The position numbers and the translations under genes are program-made. A stretch of 64,000 bases of DNA from Thermoplasmata archaeon (lineage in GTDB: Archaea; Thermoplasmatota; Thermoplasmata; Lutacidiplasmatales; UBA184), in the NCBI GenBank assembly GCA_021816955.1, contig JAKAWP010000002.1, forward strand, positions 37 through 64,036. The letters run 5' to 3'. Positions 1-9,288 of the stretch are shown here, piece after piece; within the stretch, counting starts at the first letter, position 1, and every line of letters starts with the position of its first letter. The notes below the pieces were generated by a model that worked only from the letters and a program-made list of their open reading frames with translations, made no database searches and was not told the DNA's origin.

Positions 1-220
1 GTGCGGTGGGCGAGCGGGGTCGAAACGACCCGGGTCTTCGCCGCCGGCGCCCGCGCCCGGCCCCCGACCCCGGCGCGGGTGGCCGACCGCCGCGGCCGCC
101 GGCGGCGGCCGGACCGCCGGATGGGCGGCTGACGAACCAGCGCCGCGGTCCGGTCGGGCCACCTCTTGGAACAAGGTTCTATATGCCGTCCGCACCCTTC
201 TCTGCGCGGAGCGTACGACC

Positions 221-667
221 ATGACGGACGAGCGAGAGCGGTCCCAATTGCGCCAGCATCTCGCCGAGCTTCGGCACGCGACGCGGGGACTCGGCCAAGA
301 TTTCGCGGTCGAGCTCGCGAACCTAGACGACCGGATCACCGAGCTCGGCAAGTCGACGGCGAAGGAGACGAAGTACCTAGTCGCGGACATCCAGCGCGAC
401 CTCGCCGATCTGAGCCGCCGTGTCGACCGGGAGATCCGCCGGCTCCCCGAGCACCTCTCGACGGCCGGTGCCAAGCTCGGCAGCGCCACCGTGAAGGCCG
501 CGTCGGCCGCGAAGAGCGCCGCGGTCGCGGCCGGTCACGTCGCCAAGGAGAAGACGAAGGACACCCTCGCCGCGGCGGCGGGCGTGCGCCGCAGCCCGAT
601 CAAGGAGTGGCATCCTCCCGAACGGACGACCCTCCCCTCCGAGGAGCCGTCCGACGAGCCGAAGTAG
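221..667 (+). CDS. Hypothetical helical/coiled-coil protein (148 aa), Ala/Lys-rich with a Pro/Glu-rich tail
   Basis: ATG-initiated ORF with natural amino-acid composition (LAELRHATRGLGQDFAVELANLDDRITELGK...). The overlapping frames are Arg/Pro-rich junk. No family recognised. Confidence 0.55.
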   Translation: MTDERERSQLRQHLAELRHATRGLGQDFAVELANLDDRITELGKSTAKETKYLVADIQRDLADLSRRVDREIRRLPEHLSTAGAKLGSATVKAASAAKSAAVAAGHVAKEKTKDTLAAAAGVRRSPIKEWHPPERTTLPSEEPSDEPK

Positions 668-764
668 CGCACCGGACCCACGGTTCCCCCGGGGAAGAGC
701 GAAAAGCGAAACGATCGCCGGCGCGGGTCGGACGGGCCGGTCACCGGCCGGCCCGAACGGCCGC

Positions 765-1682
765 TCAGTTTGGGCGAGGGCGAATCGCCGGGCGCACTCG
801 GCGCTCGGCCGAGGGGAGACGAGGGAGACGGGCGAGCCGCCGAGCGGCCTCCGCGAGGTACTCCGGGTCGATGTCGAAGCCGAGGAACGGAAGGCCGAGC
901 CGGGCCGCCGCGATCGCCGACGAGCCGAGCCCCACGAACGGGTCGACGGCGAAGCGGATCCGCTCGAGGCCGTGCAGTCGGAAGCACCACTCGGGCAGCT
1001 CCTCGGGAAACGTCGCGGGGTGGGGACGATCCCGCTCGCGTCGCTGGATCGTGGCGTACGGCAGGAACCAGACGTTCCCCCGGCAGCGGAGGCCGGTTCC
1101 CGCCCGCCGCCACCGGGTGAGGTTGGAAGCGTCCTGGTACGGGACCCCGATCGCGAGGCGGTCGAGCGGAACGGTCCCGGTCGGCGTGAAGTGGAAGACG
1201 TACTCGTGGGCACTGTGCACGAACCGCGACGAGGCGACCGGGCGGTAGTGGCCGACGGCGACGATCCCCGCCCGGCCGGTCGGCGGGTCGGTCGGCAGCC
1301 CTCCGAGCGCGATCGACTTCACCCAGTGCAGCACGTTCTGGAGATGGAGCGACCGTCCGACCTCTCGGGCGACATCGAACGCGAGCCACGGGTCGCGGGG
1401 CGGGCTCCCGACGTTCAGGAAGAACGACCCCTGGGGCGATAGGACCCGTCGGACCGCCCGGCCAACCTCGCCGATCCACGCGAGGTACTCCGATCTCGGC
1501 CGGCGGTCGCGGTACAACGAGTACGGTTGGCCCGTGTTGTACGGGGGCGACGTGACGACCACGCTCACGCTGCCGTGGTCGAGCCGGGCCAGCCCCGCAA
1601 GCGCATCCGTGGCCACGAGCTCGACCGACCCGCGCCGGTACCGCGCGATCCGTCGCGATGGCGTCGGGGTCCGAACGCCCAT
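765..1682 (-). CDS. DNA methyltransferase, N4/N6 (PF01555-like) family, beta-type motif order
   Basis: Catalytic motif IV 'VVVTSPPY' lies N-terminal. The AdoMet-binding motif I 'VDPFVGLGSSAIAAARLG..FLGFDIDPEY' lies C-terminal. The SPPY form is typical of m4C and some m6A enzymes. Confidence 0.85.
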   Translation of the reverse strand: MGVRTPTPSRRIARYRRGSVELVATDALAGLARLDHGSVSVVVTSPPYNTGQPYSLYRDRRPRSEYLAWIGEVGRAVRRVLSPQGSFFLNVGSPPRDPWLAFDVAREVGRSLHLQNVLHWVKSIALGGLPTDPPTGRAGIVAVGHYRPVASSRFVHSAHEYVFHFTPTGTVPLDRLAIGVPYQDASNLTRWRRAGTGLRCRGNVWFLPYATIQRRERDRPHPATFPEELPEWCFRLHGLERIRFAVDPFVGLGSSAIAAARLGLPFLGFDIDPEYLAEAARRLARLPRLPSAERRVRPAIRPRPN

Positions 1683-1784
1683 CGCCGTCCGGAACCGTGC
1701 CGTCTCTTAAGGGCCGTCCATCCGGGCGTCGCGGGAGGGTCTCGGGCGCGAAGAGCCTAAGGGGTCGACGGCGTTCGACCATCG

Positions 1785-2771
1785 GTGCAGACGCGTCGGC
1801 TCGGGCGGCGGGGCCCGACGGTCTCGGCGATCGGCCTCGGTTGCATGGGCATGAGCCAGTCGTACGGGGCCCGGGACGACGCCGAATCGACCGCCACGAT
1901 CCGCCGCGCGCTCGAGCTCGGGGTCAACTTCTTCGACACGGCCGACGTCTACGGCCCGCACCACAACGAAACGCTCCTCGGCCGAGCGCTCGGCCGCGAC
2001 CGGGAACGGGTGGTCGTGGCCACCAAGGGCGGCCTCGTGCCGAACCCCGAACCCGGCGGCCGGCGGGTCGACGGCCGCCCGGAGTACCTCCAAAAAGCCG
2101 TGCGCGAGAGCCTACGCCGGCTCGGCACCGATCGCATCGATCTGTACTACCTGCACCGGGTCGATCCGACGGTCCCGATCGAGTCGAGCGTCGGCGCCTT
2201 GGCCCGATTCGTCGAGACGGGCGAGATCGGGCACCTCGGACTCTCCGAGGTGAGCCCCGCGACGCTCCGCCGCGCGCACGCCGTCCATCCGATCACGGCC
2301 GTGCAGAGCGAGTACTCGCTCTGGACGCGCGACCCCGAAGGCGGATTGCTCGCCGCCTGCGAAGAGCTGGGCGTCGGGTTCGTCCCGTTCGCTCCGCTCG
2401 GCCGGGGGTTTCTCGCGGGGAGCGCCCCGCCGCCGGCCGCGCTCGGCGACGGCGACTTTCGCCGGGGGAACCCCCGCTTCGAGCCCGACAATTACGAGAA
2501 GAACCGCCGCTGGCTCGCGCCGCTCGAGCCGATCGCTCGCGATCGCGGAGCGACGCCGGCGCAGATCGCCCTGGCGTGGCTTCTCGCCCGGGCCCCGTGG
2601 ATCGTGCCGATCCCCGGCACCAAACGGCGGCGGTACCTCGAGGAGAACGTCGGGGCGGCCGGGCTCGTCTTGCGCGAGACGGACCTCGCGGCGATCGACC
2701 GGGCCCTGCCGCCCGACCAGGTCGCGGGGGATCGGTACCCACCGGCCTTGAAGGCGCTCGTCGGCCAGTGA
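1785..2771 (+). CDS. Aldo/keto reductase family oxidoreductase
   Basis: N-terminus '[23 protein letters not shown]', then 'FFDTADVYG', '[10 protein letters not shown]', '[14 protein letters not shown]'. This is the classic AKR11/13-like pattern. Confidence 0.9.
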   Translation: MQTRRLGRRGPTVSAIGLGCMGMSQSYGARDDAESTATIRRALELGVNFFDTADVYGPHHNETLLGRALGRDRERVVVATKGGLVPNPEPGGRRVDGRPEYLQKAVRESLRRLGTDRIDLYYLHRVDPTVPIESSVGALARFVETGEIGHLGLSEVSPATLRRAHAVHPITAVQSEYSLWTRDPEGGLLAACEELGVGFVPFAPLGRGFLAGSAPPPAALGDGDFRRGNPRFEPDNYEKNRRWLAPLEPIARDRGATPAQIALAWLLARAPWIVPIPGTKRRRYLEENVGAAGLVLRETDLAAIDRALPPDQVAGDRYPPALKALVGQ

Positions 2772-2805
2772 TCGCGCAGTCGCCGGCCGTGGGGGCCGGG
2801 GCGGT

Positions 2806-4272
2806 CTACGCGGGCGGGTCCGCCCCTCGAGCGAACGCCGCGGCCCGCCGGTCGCGCTCGGCCTCGAGATCGGCCACGCTCCGCCCTTCCGCGGACGCCC
2901 ATCGCTCGAAGAGCCGGCTGTAGCCCGAGGCGGCCCACCGGCGCTCGGCGGGGCGCCAGCGGTAGACCGGGTTCGTGACGAGCTCGCCCGTCTCGGGATC
3001 GTCCTCGACGATCTCGGTCAGTTCGACCGCCTTGCGCTCGACCCGCCCTCCGACGGTGACCGATCGCTGGACCAGGACGAGCGGCAACGCGGTGAGGAAC
3101 GTGCGGGGCAGGTCGAGCGGCGGATGCTCCAGCCGTCGGACGAGCGCGCTCACGCTGTCGGCATGGAACGTCGCGAACGACGACTGGCCCATCGCCATGG
3201 CCTGGAAGAACGTGTACGCTTCCCGGCCCCGCACCTCCCCGACCACGAGATGGTCCGGGCGCTCCCGGAGCGCTGTCGTCAGCAGCTCGAACAGGCCGAC
3301 CTCGTCGTCCGGGCTCCCGCCGGCGCTCGACGGCTCGACGCTCGGGCGGGTCACGAGCGGCAGCCAGTGCTCCCGCGCGAGCCGAAGCTCCCGGGTATCC
3401 TCGATCGAGACGACCTTCGCCCGGGGCGGGAGGAACGACAAAAGCGCGTTCAGCGTCGTCGTCTTGCCGCCGGCCGTTCCGCCGATGACGAGCACCGACG
3501 TCCCGCGCTCCACGGCCATCGCGAGAAACGCCATCATCTCGGCGCTGAACGTCCCCCGCGCGACGAGCTCCGCCGGCGTGTACGGGCGTGTCGACCACCG
3601 ACGGATCGCAAACGAGCTTCCCCACGCGGTCACCTCGCGCCCGAGGGTCGCGCTCAGCCGGGACCCGTCGTCGAGCGTTCCTTCGGCGATCGGTCGGGCG
3701 ATCGAGAGCGGCCGTCCGGCGCGCTCCGCGAAACGGGCGACCCAGCGGTCGAGTGCCGCCGGCTCCGGAAAGACGATCGTCGTGCGCATCGGACCGAACC
3801 GCCGGTGGGTGACATAGACCGCCCGGCCGGGCCCCGCGCACGAGACCTCCTCGATCTCGGGGTCGTGCATCGGAACCTCGACGGGGCCGTATCCGACGAA
3901 CTCTCGCCGAAGGTGGTAGCCGAGTCGGTCCCGCAGGTCGGCCGAAACGGCGACCCCGAGCCGAGCGAGCGCGTCGTCCAGCGCTTGCGCGAGCTGGCTG
4001 TCCGGGTCGGCCTCGGCGAAGGGGATCGCCGGCCCGTCCGCCGCGTACGCGGCGACGATCGCGGCGCGCACCCGATCGGCGAGGGCCGCCTCCGCCGCGC
4101 TCAGCGTCGGTTCGATCGGAGCGTACTCGAAGACGCCGCGGGCGTCGTCCCAGCCGAGCCGCACGTCGATCCGACGCGGGCCGACGGCGACGGAGACGAT
4201 CTCGCCGTCGCGGTCGGGAAGGGCGTCGAACCCTCCCGGGACGGTTCGGCCCGCGGCCGAGGGAGCGCTCAT
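2806..4272 (-). CDS. Type II/IV secretion-family ATPase (FlaI/ArlI/TadA-like), copy 2 of the operon
   Basis: Walker A 'VIGGTAGGKTTTLNALL', 'VSIEDTRELRL', Walker B/Asp box 'PDHLVVGEVRGREA', His box 'FATFHADS'. I chose the start MSAPSAAG (ATG at 4270-4272), which forms a tcat/ATGA overlap with the upstream stop. The remaining ~355 codons of the 844-aa track ORF are Arg-rich and overlap the two membrane genes. Confidence 0.85.
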   Translation of the reverse strand: MSAPSAAGRTVPGGFDALPDRDGEIVSVAVGPRRIDVRLGWDDARGVFEYAPIEPTLSAAEAALADRVRAAIVAAYAADGPAIPFAEADPDSQLAQALDDALARLGVAVSADLRDRLGYHLRREFVGYGPVEVPMHDPEIEEVSCAGPGRAVYVTHRRFGPMRTTIVFPEPAALDRWVARFAERAGRPLSIARPIAEGTLDDGSRLSATLGREVTAWGSSFAIRRWSTRPYTPAELVARGTFSAEMMAFLAMAVERGTSVLVIGGTAGGKTTTLNALLSFLPPRAKVVSIEDTRELRLAREHWLPLVTRPSVEPSSAGGSPDDEVGLFELLTTALRERPDHLVVGEVRGREAYTFFQAMAMGQSSFATFHADSVSALVRRLEHPPLDLPRTFLTALPLVLVQRSVTVGGRVERKAVELTEIVEDDPETGELVTNPVYRWRPAERRWAASGYSRLFERWASAEGRSVADLEAERDRRAAAFARGADPPA

Positions 4273-5213
4273 CCGCCTCCGAACGCCGGGAGGAATAACC
4301 GCATCACGACCCAGCCCGCCGCGACGAGGGCCGCCGCGTGGAGGAGGCCCGCGCCCGCGCGTCCCGTGGAGAGGACGCCGATCACGACGCCGTCGCCGAC
4401 CGCGTGGACGACGACCGCGGCCGCAAGCGCGAGCCCGAGCGCTCCGAAGACGTCGGGGGCGAGGCCCGCCGACGAGGCGAAGGCGCCGCCGCCGGCCGTC
4501 GCGAGGGGTGGGAGGAAGACGGCCCCGAGGACGAAGACGGTGACGAGGAAGACGGCGAAGGCGATGTAGACGATCGCGACATAGGTGACGGCGGTCGCCC
4601 GACGCGCGGCGCGTGCCCGCGTTTCGGCCCGGACGTTCTCCGCGACGATCTCGAGCGCATCGGCCGTTCGGCCCCCGCTCGCGTCCGCGCGCAGGAGTAC
4701 CGCGACCGTCCGCCGGACGAGCGGCGTCGGCCAGCGATCCGCGACGCCGCGGACGGCCTCGGGCACGGGGACGCCGAAGGCGATCTGGCGGGCGACCGCG
4801 CGCACCTCCGGGGTGAGCGCGCCGTACTCCCGGCGCGCGGCCGCGCGCCAGCCGGCGGCCAGGGAGAGGCCCGAACGGCGGGCTTCCGCTAGATCGCGCA
4901 CGAGGTCGGCGAGCCGCTCCTCGACGGCCCGTTCGCGCCCAAGGGCCGTCCGGTAGGCAAAGCCGAACGGGACCAGGAGACCGAGCCCGGCGATCACCGC
5001 CCAGTCGAACGCCGACCCGAGCCCGGGCAACTCGCCGGGTACGACGACGATCGTGATCCGCCCGAGCGCGTCCAGGACCGCCAGGGCGCCGAAGACGGCC
5101 GCCCACGGGACCGCGAGGTAGCGCCACCCAGCCCGAACGCTCGCGCCGCGGGTCGTCGGGGCGGGGAGGCGTTCGGCCCGGGCCCGATGCCACAAGACGG
5201 TCGGGGTCACCAT
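4269..5213 (-). CDS. Polytopic membrane protein, single T2SS-F domain (TadC/half-FlaJ-like pilus platform subunit)
   Basis: N-terminal TM pair, a soluble helical domain (ERLADLVRDLAEARRSGLSL...PEAVRGVADRWPTPLVRRTVAVLLRADASGGRTADALE), then C-terminal TM helices. The start overlaps the upstream stop (5207-5213) and the stop overlaps the downstream ATPase start. Confidence 0.7.
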   Translation of the reverse strand: MVTPTVLWHRARAERLPAPTTRGASVRAGWRYLAVPWAAVFGALAVLDALGRITIVVVPGELPGLGSAFDWAVIAGLGLLVPFGFAYRTALGRERAVEERLADLVRDLAEARRSGLSLAAGWRAAARREYGALTPEVRAVARQIAFGVPVPEAVRGVADRWPTPLVRRTVAVLLRADASGGRTADALEIVAENVRAETRARAARRATAVTYVAIVYIAFAVFLVTVFVLGAVFLPPLATAGGGAFASSAGLAPDVFGALGLALAAAVVVHAVGDGVVIGVLSTGRAGAGLLHAAALVAAGWVVMRLFLPAFGGG

Positions 5214-6115
5214 GCGCCCTCCGGCCGGCCGACGTGGGAGAGCCCGAGCACGAACGCGAGCTGGGCGATCGGCACCGCGCCGACGCCGATCCCGACGACG
5301 AGCCCGACGTAGGCGCCGCCCGCCCCGCCGAGGGTCGCAAAGACCGCGAAGAGGAGGAGGAGGAAGAGCGGGAACGCCACGACCAGGATCACGTACGCCT
5401 CGGCCGCGAAGGCGAGCGACTCCGTCGCCTTCGCTTCCCGAATCGGCGCCTCCCGCTCGTACGAACGGGCCGTCTCGAGGAAGTAGTGCTTGAGCTCACC
5501 GCCCCCGCGGGCGGTCGTGACGATCCCGTCCCAGAGCGCCTCGAGCCGGCGGGACGGGCTCCGCCGCGCCGCGGCCGACAGGGCCGAGAGGATGTCGGCC
5601 CCGAGAAGGTCGATGTCCCGGACGATCTTCCCCGCTTCCCGGGCGACCGTCCCGTACGCCGCCGACTCCTGGGCGAGCGCGCGGACGATCCCGTCGACGG
5701 GAACATCGGCCGACGCCATCGCGCTCAGGAAGGCGAAGACGGACCGCAGCTCCTGATCGATCGCGCGCGCTCGCGATCGGGCCCGGACGATCGGCCAGAG
5801 GTCCAGCGCGAGCGATGCGGCGATCGGTCCGGCGATCGCGACCAGCGCCGCGACCGCCCATGCCAGCGGCGAGTCCAATCGGCCGGTCACCGCGAGAAGC
5901 GCGACGGCGATCGCGCTCGCGGCAACCGAAACGACCGCCACGACGCCCCGACGGAACGCCTCGAATTCGTCAGGCGCGAACGGAAGGTCCGCCGCCTCGA
6001 GCGGCCGGATCCGCTCGGCCGTCCGCGGCCCGGCCGGGCGACGGAAGTGGCGCCAGCTCCAGCGGACGAACGGGTCGGCGAGTGCCGGTCGATCCTCCCT
6101 GGCCGATTCGGTCAT
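5207..6115 (-). CDS. Polytopic membrane protein, single T2SS-F domain (TadB/half-FlaJ-like pilus platform subunit)
   Basis: Same architecture as 4269..5213 (IDQELRSVFAFLSAMASADVPVDGIVRAL...GADILSALSAAARRSPSRRLEALWDGIVTTARGGGELKHYF). The start MTESARED at 6115 forms an ATGA overlap with the stop of the upstream ATPase (6112). Confidence 0.7.
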   Translation of the reverse strand: MTESAREDRPALADPFVRWSWRHFRRPAGPRTAERIRPLEAADLPFAPDEFEAFRRGVVAVVSVAASAIAVALLAVTGRLDSPLAWAVAALVAIAGPIAASLALDLWPIVRARSRARAIDQELRSVFAFLSAMASADVPVDGIVRALAQESAAYGTVAREAGKIVRDIDLLGADILSALSAAARRSPSRRLEALWDGIVTTARGGGELKHYFLETARSYEREAPIREAKATESLAFAAEAYVILVVAFPLFLLLLFAVFATLGGAGGAYVGLVVGIGVGAVPIAQLAFVLGLSHVGRPEGAW

Positions 6116-7602
6116 CGGACTCCGCGCGGGGCGGGAACGGGCGGGTCGGCCGAAGGAACAGCTCCCGGATCGGCCGCCGGAACACTCCCGATAGGGGTCG
6201 GGGCATCGACCCGTTGCGACGTAGCTCCATCGGGAGGCGACCACGGGGGTCGGGACGGCGCGTCATTCGCCTCGGCCCACCGCTCGTAGATGACGGACGG
6301 CCCGACTTCAACCCAGCGGCCGTTCCCCGGATCGAAGGCGAAGAGGCGGTTGGTGAGGAGTTCGTCCGTGTCGGGTTCGAGGCCGACGATCTCGACGACT
6401 TCGGTGATTCGACGGACCGGGCCGGCGGCGGAGGAAGTGAGCCGCTGGACGACGACGAACGGGAGCGACGCGAGGAGGATCCGGGGGATCGAGATCGGGG
6501 GGGATTCGAGCCGGCGAACGAGCGAGGCGAGGCTGTCCGCGTGCATCGTCGTGTACGTCGGATGGCCGGTGGCGATCGCCTGGAAGACGAGGGATGCTTC
6601 GCGGCCGCGAACCTCTCCGACCACGAGCCGGTCCGGCCGCTCGCGCAGGGCGAGGCGCAACAGGTCGTAGAGGTCGATCTCTCCGACCCTTCGTCCGTCC
6701 GCCCCCCGGTCGCCGCGACCCGCCCGCCGGACGGTCGCGAGCCAGTGCTCGTGCGGAAGGTCGAGCTCGCGGACATCCTCGATAGAGACGACCTTGAGGC
6801 CGGGCGGCACCACGTGGAGGATCGCGTTGAGCGTGCTCGTCTTGCCCACCCCGGGACCCCCGATCACGGCGAGCGACTGGCCGGTCCGGACCGCCCACGT
6901 GAGAAAGATGAGGAGCTCGTGGCTCACGGTCCCGCGGCGTTCGAGTTCGGACGGGGTGAACGGCGACGACGGTGCCCGGCGGATTGTCACGCTCGGTCCC
7001 CGGCCGCTCACTTCCCGGCCGTACGTCGCCTCCACGCGGTGGCCTTCGGGCGTGTGGCCCTCGACGACCGGCCGGATCGTCGCGACCGCGCCGGCGACGC
7101 GCTGGCTCAGCCGAACGACGAAGGCGTTCAGCTCGTCCTCGGTCGCGAAGACGACGTTCGTCGCCAGCGAGCCGAACCGGCGGTGGACAACGTAGACCGG
7201 CGTCGCCGTGCCGTCGACCGAGACGTCTTCGACGTCGGGGTCCCGGAGCAGGGCGTCGACCGGACCGTAGCCGACTCCATCGCGCACGAGGTAGTAGCGA
7301 AGCCGGGCGCGGGCGTCGTCCGAAAGGCCGGGTTCGCGCCGGGTCAGGTACTCCTCTACCGCGCGGGCGAGCCGGTCGGCGCGTCCGGGCCCGTCGAGCG
7401 ACTCGTACAGCGGTCCGAGCACTCGCGGCAGGTTCGCGCGGAGCGAGGCGTAGACGGCCGCCTCGAACGGGGAGAGCGGCGGCTCGACCACCCGGTAGAA
7501 CCCGGGATCGCCCCCCGAGGGCGGGCGGAGCTCCGTCGACGGAACGGCGATCGCCAGCGGCCGCCCGCCGACGATCGGCCCCCGGCCGCTGACCGCGCTC
7601 AT
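6112..7602 (-). CDS. Type II/IV secretion-family ATPase (FlaI/ArlI/TadA-like), copy 1 of the operon
   Basis: Walker A 'VIGGPGVGKTSTLNAIL', 'VSIEDVRELDL', 'PDRLVVGEVRGREA', 'YTTMHADS'. The start MSAVSGRG (ATG 7600-7602) overlaps the stop of the pilin-like gene (tcat at 7599-7602). Collinear and clearly paralogous to 2806..4272. Confidence 0.85.
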   Translation of the reverse strand: MSAVSGRGPIVGGRPLAIAVPSTELRPPSGGDPGFYRVVEPPLSPFEAAVYASLRANLPRVLGPLYESLDGPGRADRLARAVEEYLTRREPGLSDDARARLRYYLVRDGVGYGPVDALLRDPDVEDVSVDGTATPVYVVHRRFGSLATNVVFATEDELNAFVVRLSQRVAGAVATIRPVVEGHTPEGHRVEATYGREVSGRGPSVTIRRAPSSPFTPSELERRGTVSHELLIFLTWAVRTGQSLAVIGGPGVGKTSTLNAILHVVPPGLKVVSIEDVRELDLPHEHWLATVRRAGRGDRGADGRRVGEIDLYDLLRLALRERPDRLVVGEVRGREASLVFQAIATGHPTYTTMHADSLASLVRRLESPPISIPRILLASLPFVVVQRLTSSAAGPVRRITEVVEIVGLEPDTDELLTNRLFAFDPGNGRWVEVGPSVIYERWAEANDAPSRPPWSPPDGATSQRVDAPTPIGSVPAADPGAVPSADPPVPAPRGVR

Positions 7603-8498
7603 TGTCCGCCGAGACCGAGCGCGATCGAGGCGGTCTCGACCCGGACGGACGAGCCATTGTGGAGAATGAGGACGACGATCGTGGGGCCGGTCGATAGGAG
7701 AGCGCAGGCGTTCGCGGGCGCGAGCGAGCTGAGGGCGGGCGAGAGCTTCGCTTGGCCAACGACCGCCTCGAAGAAGGCGTACCACGCGCACGGGTGGTAC
7801 GTCCCGATCTCGATCGTCACGTTGAACGACCCGGAGCCACCGGCCGACCACGTGGTCGTCTGCTCGCTCGCGAGCGCGCTGGTCACGACCACGGGGTTCG
7901 GCCCCGCGGCGCCGAACGACGGTCCCGTGAACCGCACGAGCCGAACGGAAACGTTCCACCCGCCGGCCGCGGGCGCGAGCTCGACGAGCGGGCCGAAGAC
8001 GGTCGTGGCATAGCGGGAGCCCCCGGCGAACTGCCAGATCGCCCCGTCCTCGAAGTCGAACGACGCGCTGGTCGTGTACCGGTTCGGGATCGAGAGCGCG
8101 AGAGCGCCGGTCGTGACGTTGACGGTGCGGGCGAACCCGGGCGCGCTCGCGCTGACGCTCGCGAACGTCCCGGAGAGGTCCGGGACGTACTCGACCGAGG
8201 CGACGGTCGGCGACGAGACGACCGGGACGCTGGCGGAGGCGAGCGGGAGCGTCGTCGCGAGGGGGTTGGTCCCGTTCGTCGCGATCTCGCTGTCCACGTT
8301 CGAGCCGAGAAGGGCGAGCTGGGTCGCCGACGTGCGGACGAACGTCGACTCGTCGGCGGCGAGCGTTGCGGGAAGCCACTGCGTCAGGACAAGGCCGACC
8401 ACCGCGACGGCGATCAGGACGAGGAGGAGCGCCCCGATGATCCCCGCCACGCCGCGCCGATCGCGATGGAAGTGCCGGCGAGCCTGTCGAGAGATCAT
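7599..8498 (-). CDS. Archaeal type IV pilin-like protein with class III signal peptide (299 aa)
   Basis: The N-terminus 'MISRQARRHFHRDRRG|VAGIIGALLLVLIAVAVVGLV' has a charged n-region, an RG|V prepilin-peptidase-type site and a long hydrophobic helix. The remainder is Ser/Thr/Ala/Val-rich and beta-like. It is the first gene of the operon. Confidence 0.7.
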   Translation of the reverse strand: MISRQARRHFHRDRRGVAGIIGALLLVLIAVAVVGLVLTQWLPATLAADESTFVRTSATQLALLGSNVDSEIATNGTNPLATTLPLASASVPVVSSPTVASVEYVPDLSGTFASVSASAPGFARTVNVTTGALALSIPNRYTTSASFDFEDGAIWQFAGGSRYATTVFGPLVELAPAAGGWNVSVRLVRFTGPSFGAAGPNPVVVTSALASEQTTTWSAGGSGSFNVTIEIGTYHPCAWYAFFEAVVGQAKLSPALSSLAPANACALLSTGPTIVVLILHNGSSVRVETASIALGLGGQ

Positions 8499-8576
8499 CG
8501 GAGACCGTGCCGCCCTGGCGCCGGCCGGCCAGTGCGGGTCGGAGCGCGTCGGGCGAGGTCGTTTCTCTTGCTCCGG

Positions 8577-8585
8577 TTATAAAAA
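8577..8585. promoter_or_regulatory. TATA-like element (ttataaaaa) in the divergent intergenic region between the pilus operon and the ACT-domain gene
   Basis: This is the only A/T block in a GC-rich 158-bp spacer. It lies about 70-80 nt from each divergent start codon (8498 and 8657). Its orientation cannot be assigned. Confidence 0.35.
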
Positions 8586-8656
8586 CGTGCGGCGGCAAAG
8601 GAGACGGGCGGACCCCGCGTTAGCGCTAAGCCGACCGCCTCGATGAGGGCGGGCGG

Positions 8657-9148
8657 ATGAGCGCGCTACGGGAGATCCACTTCACCCTGCCGAACCGGCC
8701 CGGGGCGCTCGCGGCGGTCGCGCGCCTGCTCGCCAAGGAACGGATCAACCTCGCGGCGATCAGCGTCGACTCGACCCCGACCCGCGGGCGCGTCCGGCTC
8801 ATCGTGAGCGACCCTGACCGGGCGATGACGCTCCTCCGCCAAGCCGGCTACGAGACGGAGGCGCGGGAGATGATCGTCGTTCGCTTGGAGGACCGGGCGG
8901 GGAGCTTCTTGCGGGCGCTCGAGGCGCTCGCGCGCGCCAAGGTGAACGTCCAAAGCGTCGCGCTGCTCGTCGCGCGGGAGGACGGCGGGGTTCTCGTGGC
9001 GGTCTCCACGGACGACCCGGTGAAGGCCCGCGAGGTGCTCGCCAAGGCGCGGCTCGTGAGCCGCTCGGCCGAGCGGATCATCACGAACGCGGACGTCCTC
9101 GCGACGGCCCCGACGATCCCTCCGGAAACGGTCGGCCTCCTCCTGTGA
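8657..9148 (+). CDS. ACT-domain (amino-acid-binding regulatory) protein with two ACT-like repeats
   Basis: Repeat 1 is 'IHFTLPNRPGALAAVARLLAKERINLAAISVD'. Repeat 2 is 'VVRLEDRAGSFLRALEALARAKVNVQSVAL'. Confidence 0.7.
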   Translation: MSALREIHFTLPNRPGALAAVARLLAKERINLAAISVDSTPTRGRVRLIVSDPDRAMTLLRQAGYETEAREMIVVRLEDRAGSFLRALEALARAKVNVQSVALLVAREDGGVLVAVSTDDPVKAREVLAKARLVSRSAERIITNADVLATAPTIPPETVGLLL

Positions 9149-9216
9149 ACTGCCGGCGCACGGCCCGTTCGGCTCCCAGAAAAGCCTCTTGAGCCGAACG
9201 GCCTCCCCCGGGGTGC

Positions 9217-9288
9217 GCGGTTGTGGTCTAGTGGTTAGGACGGTAGCTTCCCAAGCTACCTACCCGGGTTCGAATCCCGGCAACCGCA
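9217..9288 (+). tRNA. tRNA-Gly (anticodon CCC)
   Basis: Manual cloverleaf: acceptor gcggttg/caaccgc, D arm gtct-agtggtta-ggac, anticodon arm gtagc-ttCCCaa-gctac, T arm ccggg-ttcgaat-cccgg, discriminator a. CCA is not encoded. Confidence 0.9.

Noticed and set aside
2492-3841. 449-aa minus-strand ORF and the 481-aa plus-strand ORF (3124..4569), both overlapping the pilus ATPase gene
   Set aside because: Extreme Arg/Pro/Gly/Ala composition with no motifs. They overlap a gene with clear Walker motifs in another frame. This is the typical high-GC shadow ORF.
5815-8013. 732-aa plus-strand ORF and the 483-aa minus-strand ORF (6308..7759), both across the ATPase/pilin region
   Set aside because: Arg-rich low-complexity translations lying antisense or out of frame to well-supported genes, with no recognisable domains.
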